Source: Lingula anatina (lineage: Eukaryota; Animalia; Brachiopoda). Taken from it: 64,000 nt of DNA. The notes below the pieces were generated by a model. The model worked only from the letters and a program-made list of their open reading frames with translations. It ran no database searches and was not told where the DNA came from. The translations under genes were made by a program, and so were the position numbers. Of this stretch, positions 34,639 to 46,844 are shown piece after piece. The first letter of the stretch is position 1. Each line of letters starts with the position of its first letter. The DNA lies in contig CM120640.1 in assembly GCA_051362555.1 (NCBI GenBank), forward strand, positions 71,836,788 through 71,900,787. The letters run 5' to 3'.

Positions 34639-35246
34639 ATTGAAATTAAGTTTGGCACACAAATGATTCGTAGCCTACAATGTGTAACTACGTTACAGAT
34701 CAATATATATGCCGCATAAAAGATTGCAACTCCGTTGCAAAAATGTTTCCAACTTAAGCAAACAAACTACGTTTGTTTTAGATTATAATTCTGATAGAAA
34801 TAGATCGCATCTATTTTCAGGCTGACTACCCAGCCGCATGTCACAAGCTAACTGAGTACGCATGCGCAAGCATATCTCATTTAAGACTGACCGATATTTT
34901 TATACGAAATAGAATTGAAAGGCATTGCACACATTCACAAACCAGGGTTACACTATGTTGAAGATACTTGAAGTGATAATGGTTGTGCTGGTGTCAATTG
35001 TCACTGAGAATTATGTCATGTGCTGACATTTGGAGACATTGAGAGAATGCCTAGCCCAGAGTATGCACAGCATTCACCAGGATCTTCACATTGGTCTGAT
35101 AGTATGGAGTGGACTTTATGTAGTCTGGCCTGGAACAGTGGAAAGCTTGCTTAAGTCACACTAGTATTAGCAACCATTTTAGATCGATGGAATACAAAGA
35201 CGAAAGTTGTTCCCATTTTAGCCTTGAATCAAGGCTCACATTGGAA

Positions 35247-35725
35247 CTATGGTTTACTTACTATTGTTATCATGAATATCACAAATCAATCTGTGTTTAG
35301 AGACAACTGAATGCTACCAAATACTTGTATAAATTACAAATGAAGGCATACCTGGGGCTGGGTTTGTTCTATGGTTTACTTACTATTGCTATCATGAATA
35401 TCACAAATCAATCTGTATTAAAGACAACTGGATGCTGCCAAATACTTGTATAAGTTACAAATGAAGGCATACCTGGGGCTGGGTTTGTTCTATGGTTTAC
35501 TTACTATTGTTATCATGAATATCACAAATCAATCTGTATTAAAGACAACTGGATGCTGCCAAATACTTGTATAAGTTACAAATGAAGGCATACCTGGGGC
35601 TGGGTTTGTTCTATGGTTTACTTACTATTGTTATCATGAATATCACAAATCAATCTGTATTAAAGACAACTGGATGCTGCCAAATACTTATATCAAATAC
35701 ATTTACTTGGGACTGAGTTTGTTCT
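35247..35725. repeat. About 121-bp tandem repeat x4
   Basis: CTATGGTTTACTTACTATTG...ATACCTGGGGCTGGGTTTGTT at 35247, 35369, 35490 and 35611. Confidence 0.92.
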
Positions 35726-36712
35726 AAATGTAGTCTCCATATTATGAATTAAAGTTAATAATTGACACATAAAAGGTACATATTGTGAGTAGATGAAAGC
35801 ATTGCCACTACACTTGACCAAATGCATATACATGTAGTTTCAAATGGCATAACTTAAACAATAAGCACAGGGTTTTGTTTCATTACTGCTTTTCCTTTCT
35901 GGTTTCATTACCCACTAGAGGAACGGATTAAAGGGTCAAGTTTACAACCAGAAATTTGGAGAAGGTACAATTGAAAGCCCTTTCTCAGGTGAACAAGTGA
36001 TTAATTTGAATTATTTTTGGACACAGATTTTATTTGTGTGAGAAAATGACAGTAATAATTTGTATGCATTACAGTTGTGCTCTGGCTCATCCATCTTTAA
36101 TTTTGAACTTGCAAGTGATTTTTTTAATTTCACTGATCTAGCTTGCCTTTTTTTTATTTTGCCATATACAAGTAATTCTAAGATCTCTTGATTATCATGA
36201 ATGCTGATTTCCATTTTAAGTTACACAAAAGTAGTTTCTGGAGCAGTCACAAGCCACTGCCGTTTATCACATAAAGCCAAATGTTTCACTTAGACTTTAA
36301 AAGCTTACAGAATCTCATTCATTTGCCAATATTACACAACCAATGGGTGTGTAGGCAACTTTCAATAGCTCTGTATTAGTCAATCTAATACATTAAAACA
36401 GGGTATATAGGCAACCCTCACTGACTTTGTGTTAGCCAATCTAATACATCAATACAGGGGATATACCAAACCTCACTAACCCCTGTGACTTAGACATCGA
36501 AGGTGCATGCTACCAAACTATTTATTTTTAAGGCTTCCATGTTCTCGTCTTGTTGACAGATGTTTGTATTGAACTGTTACTTATAGCCATTTGGTATTTT
36601 GTTCTGTTGTTGTAAAAGGCTATCCTACAGTATAACCAAATGAAATAAACTTTTTACCATTTGCTATTTTTCTCTGATTATTTGTGACTGCAGTAAGTTA
36701 GAACCAAAACAT

Positions 36713-36779
<67 letters not shown>

Positions 36780-36783
36780 GGGG
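36713..36783. repeat. Poly-G tract (about 66 G)
   Basis: Directly visible; just downstream of a candidate AATAAA at 36644. Confidence 0.85.
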
Positions 36784-37576
36784 AGATATAATCTAGACAA
36801 TTTGAGTGTTTGAGAGAAATGCAGCATTCGAAAATCAAGTTGAATAAGAGCTACCCACCAAGCCTGCATATGATGGCCAATGTTGGAGATAGGTTGGCAT
36901 GTTGGCATATAGTTGGCCCTACTACAGCATTATATGTATCTCCTTATAACCATATAAATTGTGTTCCTAACAAAAAATTGTTAATTAACCAATTCATCTA
37001 TTGCTCAGTTACACATATAGAGTTTTAATGAAGAAAATACAATTTTTTTTAAATTAAAAGTTAATCAAAATGACTTTTTTCTGGGGTCAAAATCATATTT
37101 TTGGTACTTCTGAAATATAAAACTCATATAAATTAGTATTAAATTATAATAAAAGATCAGACTGACTAGTAATTAAAGTAAAGTGCCTGAGCTACTGATG
37201 TCCATTTATGTGCAAATACAATGGTTATTTCAGGTAGACGGCATTTATTTCAACCTCTGTTTACCTTGAGTGTTGGTTTTATAAATTATTGTACCAGTTA
37301 CAACACTTTAACGTGTGTATATACTACATATACCTGTAATTTGCACAAGATGATTTCATAAAAAATGTAGCTTAATTTAAGGAGCTGTTTTCCTTGATCA
37401 AGAATCAAAGAGATGAGAATAAGGGTATTCTAACCAAGAAGCACTATATCAACAACTGTAGATTTAATATTTTTCCCAACTTAAGAAGAAGTTTATGGTA
37501 TAGTTACATTAAAATATGAACAGCATGATGCAGTGAAATGTACTATCAGGCAGATGAAAAATGCATGGCAATGTGG

Positions 37577-38267
37577 AGTCTGTGTCTGTACAGAGCATCC
37601 ATGTAATGAAAGGTGAAAGTCTGTCTGTACTGAACATCCATGTAATGAAAGGTGAGTCTGTGTCTGTACTAAACATCCATGTAATGAAAGGTGAAAGTCT
37701 GTGTCTGTACTGAACATCCATGTAATGAAAGGTGAAAGTCTCTGTCTGTACTGAACATCCATGTAATGAAAGGTGAAAGTCTGTCTGTACTGAACATCCA
37801 TGTAATGAAAGGTGAAAGTCTGTGTCTGTACTGAACATCCATGTAATGAAAGGTGAAAGTCTGTCTGTACTGAACATCCATGTAATGAAAGGTGAGTCTG
37901 TGTCTGTACTAAACATCCATGTAGTGAAAAGTGAAAGTCTGTGTCTGTACTGAACATCCATGTAATGAAAGGTGAAAGTCTGTGTCTGTACTAAACATCC
38001 ATGTAGTGAAAGGTGAAAGTCTGTGTCTGTACTGAACATCCATGTAATGAAAGGTGAAAGTCTGTGTCTGTACTGAACATCCATGTAATGAAAGGTGAAA
38101 GTCTGTGTCTGTACTAAACATCCATGTAGTGAAAGGTGAAAGTCTGTGTCTGTACTGAACATCCATGTAATGAAAGGTGAAAGTCTCTGTCTGTACTGAA
38201 CATCCATGTAATGAAAGGTGAAAGTCTGTGTCTGTACTGAACATCCATGTAATGAAAGGTGAAAGTC
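37577..38267. repeat. About 41-bp minisatellite, about 17 copies
   Basis: GTCTGTGTCTGTACTGAACATCCATGTAATGAAAGGTGAAA with 39-bp variants. Confidence 0.95.
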
Positions 38268-38460
38268 AGGCTGAGTCTTGTTTTACATGTACCCAACTAA
38301 ACATTTACAATGCTAATTCCGGCATCGGGTATTTTTCATATTACTTAAATATTATTTGCATAAATGTCAATTTTACTAAGTAGAGTTTCAGTAAAAATAA
38401 CTTACTTTGATTCACTCTGAGAAAGTTTAAATTATGGTACACACTCTGTACTATACTGAG

Positions 38461-38627
38461 CAGGCCCGTAGCCAGGGATGTTTGGGGGGTGGTTGAAAAG
38501 AACTGCCCTTTTTGTCAGGTAAAGGTCCATTCTGGGCAAAATTTGACCTAGGTACACAAAAATTTCATTTCAAAAGGTACAATTTTCAGAAAAAGACCCC
38601 CTTTTGAAATTGCTGGCTACAGGCCTG
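38461..38627. mobile_element. MITE family C (CAGGCCCGTAGCCAG TIRs)
   Basis: TIR CAGGCCCGTAGCCAG...CTGGCTACAGGCCTG; TSD CTGAG/CTGAA (1 mismatch); homolog at 62254-62430. Confidence 0.82.
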
Positions 38628-38822
38628 CTGAAAATAGTTAACTTGTTTAGAATATCCATCAATTATCGAGGATAGTATCCTGATGGCTCTGGCATCTGAT
38701 ATCCAGTTGTTGATTGATGTACACTTGGTAAGAATGTCTGTCAATTATCTAGGATAGTATCCTGATGATTCTGGCATCTGATATCCAGTTGTTGATTGAT
38801 GTACACTTAGAATGTATGGTAA

Positions 38823-39720
38823 TTATCTAGGATAGTATCCTGATGGTTCTGGCATCTGATATCCAGTGGAAGAATTAGGATAAGGTGTCTGTGAGGCAGT
38901 CCACTGCTGTCCATAGGGAGATTTGCCAGAGGCTCGTGTCTGCAGCAGTTCTCCCATCTTCTCTGCCTTAATTCTTCGTAAGTGAGCCACGGTCCTCTCT
39001 CCAATAAATTTCTGGACAAACGCATCAACACTTAAACTACCATCAAGAAATTCTTCTGCCATTTTCTGTAAAATTAACAAATGAATTAAGTTAATACCAA
39101 ATCATTTATAAAGGGAGCATTCACAACATTTCATCTGTGGAGTAAGTAGTACACAAATCAATGAAAGCAAGCCATATAATCCCCTAATAATAAAGTAATG
39201 GATTCCCTGCTCCCACAACTGCCGTCCTAGCAGGGGCAGAGCAATTAAATCTACGCACATGCTTTCACCATATTTGGTCCACGAACTGGTTGGTCTGCAG
39301 ACCAAGAAGCAAGACTAAGGATAGCAATATGGATAAAGTGACCATACAAAAGTTTTTTTCTTTTTTACACTGAGTTTTTCAAACATACAGAGACAAATGT
39401 ATTTCTAAGATATAAAGCTCAAAGATAAAAGGCCTATAAAATGATTGAAATAAATATAATACAGCTATCAATTTGGTGACATAGTTTGAACTGAGCATGG
39501 ATGTAGCATTCAGAATGCATGACGTAGTGAGTTTTGGCTGAACTAACATGTCAACTAAATAGGGATTTGAAAGCATTACTGCCAATACCTCTGTTTCTTC
39601 CTCTGATTTAGCGGCTTCAGTCTGCAGTAAGGCATGAACAGTGTCAGGACTTTGGCTATTTGCCTGGTTATCTGAAATATATCAAACAGCCTAGGGTTAG
39701 AAATATAAGCCTTATATATA

Positions 39721-39791
<71 letters not shown>

Positions 39792-39928
39792 CAGGAAGAT
39801 TAAAACACTGCCATGTAACACCCTTTAACCATTTTACCACACTGTCACAGAGAGGAAGACCAGTGTTCACTACACACACACACAAACACATACACACACA
39901 CCTTTACATACACACACACACACACACC

Positions 39929-39967
<39 letters not shown>

Positions 39968-40228
39968 TTACATACACACACACACACAAACACATACACA
40001 CACACATTTACATACACACAAACACATACACACACACCTTTACATACACACACACACACACACACGCACATACACACACACATACACACCTTTACATACA
40101 CACACACACATACACACAAACACATACACACACATATTTACATACACACAAACACACACACACACACACACACACACCAATATAGTAACAGGAAGAGGAA
40201 CAGAGAGGTGACTTTGTTGTGTATAGGT

Positions 40229-40275
<47 letters not shown>

Positions 40276-43200
40276 TGACACAATACATCAAGAAAACATG
40301 ACAATACAAATACAAACAAACAGACACTCGCTCACACACTCACACATAAGAGATGTTATACTATATAACACTTTTTAGTTAATTACATCGTCGTACGCTA
40401 AATCTTCAAATTGAAAATAACTTAATTATATTTGAATTGTACTGACAGATTGACTTATCTGTTTTCACCAGATATCTAAGCGATGAAATCAAACCTCCTA
40501 ATGTTGGTTTACCCTGTGAACATCTTCTTAAATAAATATAAAATTTAAATTGCAACATAATGAGATTAATAATTGGAGAGAGGCTCGTAGAGCCGACTAA
40601 GCAATTCCTCTTTGAGACAGGTAGAGTAACTTGAGTATTAGATAATATATATTCTTCCAAATCGGTCAATAATTTTTGGGTAACCGCACAATTCCAGAAT
40701 AAATGCTCAGTTGTTTCTTCAGCTCCTTTGCAAAGGGAACATATACTGCTATCGACCATTTTGTATTTGAAAAGCAGTGAATTTGTGGTAAGGATATTAT
40801 GATTAATTCGAAATTGGAACCAGTGAAGCTTTGAATCTTTTGTTATTGTGAAAGGAAGTTCGAAAATCTTCGGGCATTCATTTTCCTCCAAATTTAACAA
40901 CTCCTTCCATTTATTCATACCTTTTGACATCTCAAGAACACCTACTTTACTTAAAGTTTTATAATAAATCTTTGAGCCTTTTGAACAACCTGACAGCAAC
41001 AATATATGATCAGGAATTAAAGGAGTGGCAATTTTACTTAATTTTTCAGGAATACCACCAAGCCATTCTTTTATGGCTGAGATAATTCCATGGTATTCGA
41101 CAAAATTTGTGTCAATACCGTGGATGTCCCTGAACTCAGTGAAGTCATAGAACTCTCCAGAGTCCAGGAGTAAATCATTAACAAATCTAATGTTTTTGTC
41201 GTACCACGATGTATAGAAGACAGGTTTATTTCCAATAAGTATATTTTCATTTAGAAAGAGTGGAATGTTACCAAAATCCTTGATTTTATTGGCCATTATT
41301 GTACCACAAAGTTCTTTCCAGGCTGCTAAGGCATCAATCCAGAATCTATTTTTTATGTTTTTCAAGATTTTTGAGATATATTCTGTACCACATGTGATTA
41401 GTTTTTCAGTGTCTACATATTTAGATATAATATTTTTCCATTCTTTATTTTCGAACATAAGTCTTCTTACCCACGGAATTTTTAACGATTTTATAAAATG
41501 CCTCACGCTTACCATCCTCAAGCCCCCAGCTTTATAATCTCTTATAATGATATTTCTTTTAATTTTATCAGGTTTATTATTCCAAAGAAAAGAAAAAAGA
41601 CACTTTTCTAATTCTTTAATCTGTTTTTCCTCTGGGTTTGGGAGCGATATAAATATATGATTCAATACCGGCAAGGCTAATGTTTTTATTACTGTTATTT
41701 TACCAATTGGTGTTATATTTCTTACTCTCCACTGATTAAATATTTTTTTCATGGAAGTTAATTTGGTCTCCATATTTTGCTTCGTTATCTTACCTAAATC
41801 TACGTCAAATTCTATCCCTAGCATTTTGAAACTAGTTTTTCCCCAATCTAATCTATATTTTGGGCAGAGGATATCTTTAGAGTATCGCTTTGACCCAATC
41901 CATATAACTTCAGTTTTAGAGAGATTAATATGCAGACCGGAGATCTTCGAAAATTTATCCAAGACAAACATACATTCATTCAGTGACTTTTCACTCCCGT
42001 CAAGTATAAGAGTAGTGTCATCTGCATATAATGAAATTTTTAATTCTTTTGCACCTATATTAATACCCTTTATATCGTCATTGTTTCTTATAAACGCCGC
42101 CAATATTTCGGCGCATAGAATAAAGAGATAGGGTGAGAGGGGATCCCCCTGACGGCATCCTCTATTAATTTTAAAGAATTCCGACATATTCCCCCCTTGA
42201 TTTATTGTAGCAGAGATGTCATTGTAGAACAATGATACCCATCTCCTGACTGAATCACCAAAGTTAAAAAAGGTCAGAACCTTTTGAATGAATGACCAAG
42301 ACAAGGAATCGAATGCCTTTTCAAAGTCAATTAATAACAGTAACCCAGGAATATTTTCTTCCTCAGTATACTGCATTGCATCGTATATAAGTCGCGTGTT
42401 CTCTCCGATATATCTGCCAGCCATGAAACCGGTTTGTTCCGGATATATTAATTTATCTAACACTAGTTTTACCCTAGCAGCTATCGAACCCGAGGCGATC
42501 TTGTATATAGTATTGAGAAGTGATATGGGGCGCCAGTTTTTAAGAAAGTGGCGTGGTTTATCTCCCTTCGGGAGGCAAGTGATTATGCCCTGTTTTTGCG
42601 TCACCGATAACTGGCCAGTTTCGTAAGCAAAATTAATTGACCTGACAACAAAAGAGCTTAGTTGTCTCCAAAATACCTTATAAAATTCAACTGAAAAGCC
42701 GTCAGTTCCCGGGGATTTGTTCGATTTCATTTTAGATAATGTTTGTGCTGCTTCTGCCTCCGTAATGGGCCCTTCCAATTCTGCAGCTTCCAGATTGCTG
42801 AGTTTATAAACATCGTTAAGGGTTACCTCATTATCTAGGTTAACATCTTCTATGTTATGCTCCCGGCATGCATACAGATTTTCATAAAATTTTTTGGTAT
42901 TTTCTAGTATCTTCCCCTGGTTAACAATAATTGTGCCATCGTCTAGCTGAATTCTTGGAATCAGTTTATTGGTAAAATTTCTCGATTCTAGACCACAAAA
43001 ATATTTAGTTGGTTTTTCGCCTTCCTCCACCCACTTAGCTCTAGATCTTATAAATGCGCCTTGTAATTTTTCTTTTCGTACTTCCTCCAATTCTTTTTGC
43101 TTTTGTCTTAAAGTCTGAATATTGGCCTCGCAAGTTATATTTTCTAAAAGTTCAATTTCCTTAACTAACTTCTTTTCTATTTCTGACTTTTTCTTTTTTT

Positions 43201-45033
43201 GGTAAGACGCATACGAAATTGTCTTACCCCTAATTTCCATCAAAAGGGTTTCAAAAAATAGCTGATCATTTACCGTAAAATGGATTTCTCTGTCCGGTAT
43301 ATTTTGGAAGTTTTTTAAATTATATACAGGGGCAGCGTACTGTTTTTTAACCTCTATAATTTTACTTCTAATTGCTTCGATATATGTGATATCGTGCAGT
43401 AAGGAATTATTGAATTTCCAGAAGCCCCTACCCTTAACGTACGCGTGAAAGGTAAGTGACAGCACTACAGCCGAGTGATCAGTCCTATAGCCGGGCTTAA
43501 TATAACACGATTTAGTGCTACGTAACAAGATTTCTGAGGTTAAAAAGTAGTCTAGTCGAGCTTGCTGAAAGGGTGTGCGTCGTCGCCACGTATACTTATT
43601 AATATTCGGGTGTAACTGTCTATACGAATCAATGAGGTTATAACTCTCCTTCATTTCCAAAAGTTTGTTTCTGGCATTAGGGTTATTTACATGTCTGTAG
43701 TTTTGATAGTCCTTGGCCGGATCTAGCACCAGATTAAAATCTCCACATATTATAATGTTTTCACACTCAAAAGTTTCTATATTGGTAAAAAGGGAGTCAA
43801 AAAATTCAGGTTTATCCGTATTAGGGCCGTATACCGAACAGATGAGAACTTTCCTATTTTCTATTAGTGCCTCGAGTAGAATGTAGTTTCCATTTTCGTC
43901 TCGTTTCTCTTTAATTGGTTTAAATTCAAAATTATTATTTATCAGTATACCTACTCCCCTACTATTTGACTTATAAGAGCTGAAGAAACAATCAAAGCCC
44001 CACATATTTCTTACTTCGTTCTCCATTTCTTTCGTGAAATGACTATCTTGAATGCAGTATATATTATGTGTATAGGTTGATTTAATAACACACGGAGACA
44101 AGTGGATAAGAGAGGCAAAACTGCCCTCTGGCTATGTACCACCATTAAATTTAAAAAAAAGATCATTATCTTATGCTTCACTTCTAGTAAAACACCAAAA
44201 TTATGATGGGATGAATGTTTTTGTGAATGGTTCAATCACTCCAAAATTTTACTTAAGTTTTAACTTTAAATAGATATCATTATGGTAATCATCATTATTA
44301 TACCTATCTGCTCTTTGTCCCTGAGAAGGACCTCTTTTGAGCGCTGAACCTCTTCATAGAGTGTAGCCAACTTCTCTCTGCCTTCCTTTAATAGAGGCTC
44401 CTTGGACAGGTTGTAATCAGCCAAGCTCTTATTGCTGGCTAGTAACATCTCCCTGTCTACCTGGATGTTCTTTACCTGAAGGTAGCCAATACAGAATGTA
44501 GGTAACATTTTATATATAACATCTCCCTGTCTACCTGGATGTTCTTTACCTGAAGGTAGCCAATACAGGATGAAGGTAACATCTTATCTATAACATGTAA
44601 AGTTTTTTTTTAACCTGGTACATACCTGATGTTGATATTTCCATTGGAGCTTATAGCAAAATGGTTCTTGTTATGCAGACAGCCCTTCATGTCAAGCCCT
44701 GAACTCTGATTGATTTCTCATATATATTATTTTAATAGCATCTCTCTGTCATTTAGCCTGTTTTTTAAGGCAGGTTATTTTGTCAGAAATAATGAAATAC
44801 CAAACCATACAAAACAGGAACATTTGAGAGAGAGAGAAGGAGAGAGAGGGATGATGAGCAATCACCTGTTGTAGATCATTAGTGAGGTCATGAAGTTTTT
44901 CTTCACTGTCAAGAAGCCCTTGTAGCTGTTGTGTGTCCATGTATTGTATTAAGGCAGTTGCCTCTTCATAGTTGGGCTCATACTTAGCCACACTGGATAC
45001 CCTCTGGAGGGTGTTGGCTGCTCCTATGGGCAT
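38823..45033 (-). CDS. VPS37B: ESCRT-I subunit VPS37B/C-like (Mod(r) domain), about 221 aa
   Basis: Exons 45033-44866, 44475-44304, 39671-39589 and 39065-38823 join in frame: REMLLASNKSLADYNLSKEP...SPDTVHALLQTEAAKSEEETEKMAEEFLDGSLSVDAFVQKFIGERTVAHLRRIKAEKM, then a Pro/Tyr-rich tail. Probable non-coding first exon donor at 47471. B versus C paralog cannot be resolved. Confidence 0.9.
39720..40177. repeat. (TA)n and compound (CA)n microsatellites
   Basis: Directly visible; source of the YI/HT/VC ORFs. Confidence 0.95.
40232..44066 (-). mobile_element. 5'-truncated L1/Tx1-clade LINE with poly-A tail and TSD
   Basis: TSD TGTGTATAGGTTGA(TTT) at 40218-40234 and 44067-44083. T-run of about 42 nt plus TTTATT. 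Target TTT/AA. No ORF1. Confidence 0.95.
40406..44066 (-). CDS. LINE ORF2 (APE endonuclease, RT, CCHC zinc knuckle); N-terminus truncated
   Basis: EN: YCIQDSHF, SRGVGIL, VYGPN, GDFN, RLDYFL, TDH. RT: KSPGTDG, NWRPISLLN, DFEKAFD, RGCRQGDPLSPYLF, YADD. Zinc knuckle CSLC...ETTEHLFWNC. The ORF-track start at 44101 is a TTG in host DNA. Confidence 0.93.
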
Positions 45034-45101
45034 TGTCTGTAAAATATATGTTCAGTTATACCATAAAGTTTTCTCTACTTCTATGGTTATACATACTAGT
45101 A

Positions 45102-45152
<51 letters not shown>

Positions 45153-45358
45153 GCAGCAAAGTTGCTTATTTCCATATTTGACACTTTATTATACAATAAA
45201 GATAACACTTTTTGTTAGTTTGCAGGTGAAATTGTTCATGAGAAAATAAGAAAATTAAAAATATGTATTTTACCATCCAATAATTACCCTATAAAAACTA
45301 TTTAAGTCTGATATTTGGTGATTTTTTAAACATCATTCTTTTTAGTATACACAAAAAG

Positions 45359-46844
45359 GGGGTCATGCCGATACTCCCCCGCACCGTTACTCCCCCGCAC
45401 CGTTACTCCCCCGCACCGATACTCCCCCGCACCGATACTCCCCCTTAGTAAATTTTTGCATTATGCACATCGATACGACCCCACACCGATAGATCCCGGC
45501 ATCGATAAACCCCCTGTAAAATTGCCGTTATACGCGCACCGTTACTCCTCAGCACCGATACTCCCCGGTGTTGTTGTTTCCCCGCACCGTTACTCCCCCG
45601 CACCGATACTCCCCCGCATCATTACTCCCCCTATGCAATTTTGCCGAAACTGAGGATCGAGTAACAGAGTCAACCCTCCATTTAATTATACAGGTTAGGG
45701 TCAGTCTAGGTAAGTGGATCAAAATCTACGACCCGTTTAAGTCCAAATTTTGCGGAGAATCTCATGTACCACACAAGTCCTTTATGCGAAATTTTGAGTT
45801 CGCACGTATGTAAGCACGTACGGAGGATATTGAACATTTCCAATAGATTCTAGGAATAATCTGCGAACAGCGAGGCCGCAAGCGTAATTTGCTCCCTTTC
45901 TAAGGAGTTTGCGATTGGTTTGCAAGTGAGACTTGCCTGGTCCAAGATGCACGCCGCAAGAAATGAAGGAGAAAGAGCCCTTTACGTGTTGAGTACGGCG
46001 CACGCCCTCACATCTATAACGAACAAAATCGAAAACACGACGGGACTGCGAGTATAAAAGGCGTGCTCACGACGCATGCTCGTGTCTCGACAATTTCGTT
46101 GTGCAACAATTTTCAAAATTTTTGAATTTTGCTCAATTCGGATTCTAATCTAATTCAGATTCAAAAGACAAGGGAAAGAAGCTTAAAGAGCAGAAAAGAA
46201 GGTTGGAGGAAAAAGACAGAAAACGAAGCGCTTTAGCACTTCTTTTTTATTACTTAATTAATAATTTTACGAATTCATCGTTGCCTGAAAAAAAAATAGC
46301 TGCGTTATCTTAGATTAAAACTAACTTTGCCTTAAGTTAATAAAAAATAAATAAATAAATAAATAAAAGGCCGTACAATATATATACAGTAACTACTGAG
46401 TACAGTAGAAGAACGAAATTAATTTTGCAAAAACATTTCTCAAAAATCACAAGGAAGAGCTGTAGACCTACGTACTGTCAAGCTGCACACTAAGTCTGAG
46501 ATTGACTTCGTGTAACGTTCTTTATTTTTCCTAATATATTTCGAATAAAATTAGTCAATTCTGGGTCCCAAGAGGGTGGTGCATCTTGAAAAAAAAAAAG
46601 CATTACAGAAAGTGTTGTAAATTACGAATGGGGTTTACAAAGCCAAGGGAATCTATGCCTTGGGGGAGTAGTCTTTTTGCGGAGTAGCGGTACGCGGGAG
46701 TATCAGTGCGGGGGAGTATCGGTGCAGGGATGTAAAGAAGCGGGGGAGTATCGGTGCGGGGGAGTATCGGTGCGGGGATATAAAGAAGTTGGGGAGTATC
46801 GGTGCGGGGGAGTATCGGTGCCGGGGGAGTATAGGTACGTAGCC
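45359..46844. mobile_element. Non-autonomous MULE/foldback-like DNA transposon with tandem-repeat TIRs
   Basis: 9-bp TSD CACAAAAAG at 45350-45358 and 46845-46853; GG...CC ends; arrays of the 17-bp GCACCGATACTCCCCC(C) unit on the left and its complement on the right; no transposase ORF. Confidence 0.85.

Larger units (their letters stand above)
30118..34916 (-). mobile_element. Full-length DIRS1-like tyrosine-recombinase retrotransposon (4799 bp)
   Basis: 34-bp ITRs at 30196-30229 and 34852-34885. Internal complementary region 30386-30509 is the reverse complement of 30118-30203 joined via AATT to the reverse complement of 34875-34916. Both ends carry AATT. Three overlapping intact ORFs (gag, RT-RH-MT, YR). 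Confidence 0.96.

Noticed and set aside
36713-36783. Poly-proline ORF or functional G-quadruplex at the G run
   Set aside because: A simple homopolymer whose length is unreliable in assemblies; no coding context.
44067-44101. N-terminus MSPCVIKSTYT of the 1231-aa ORF as the genuine LINE start
   Set aside because: It starts at TTG and lies in the TSD and host flank; the element boundary is 44066.
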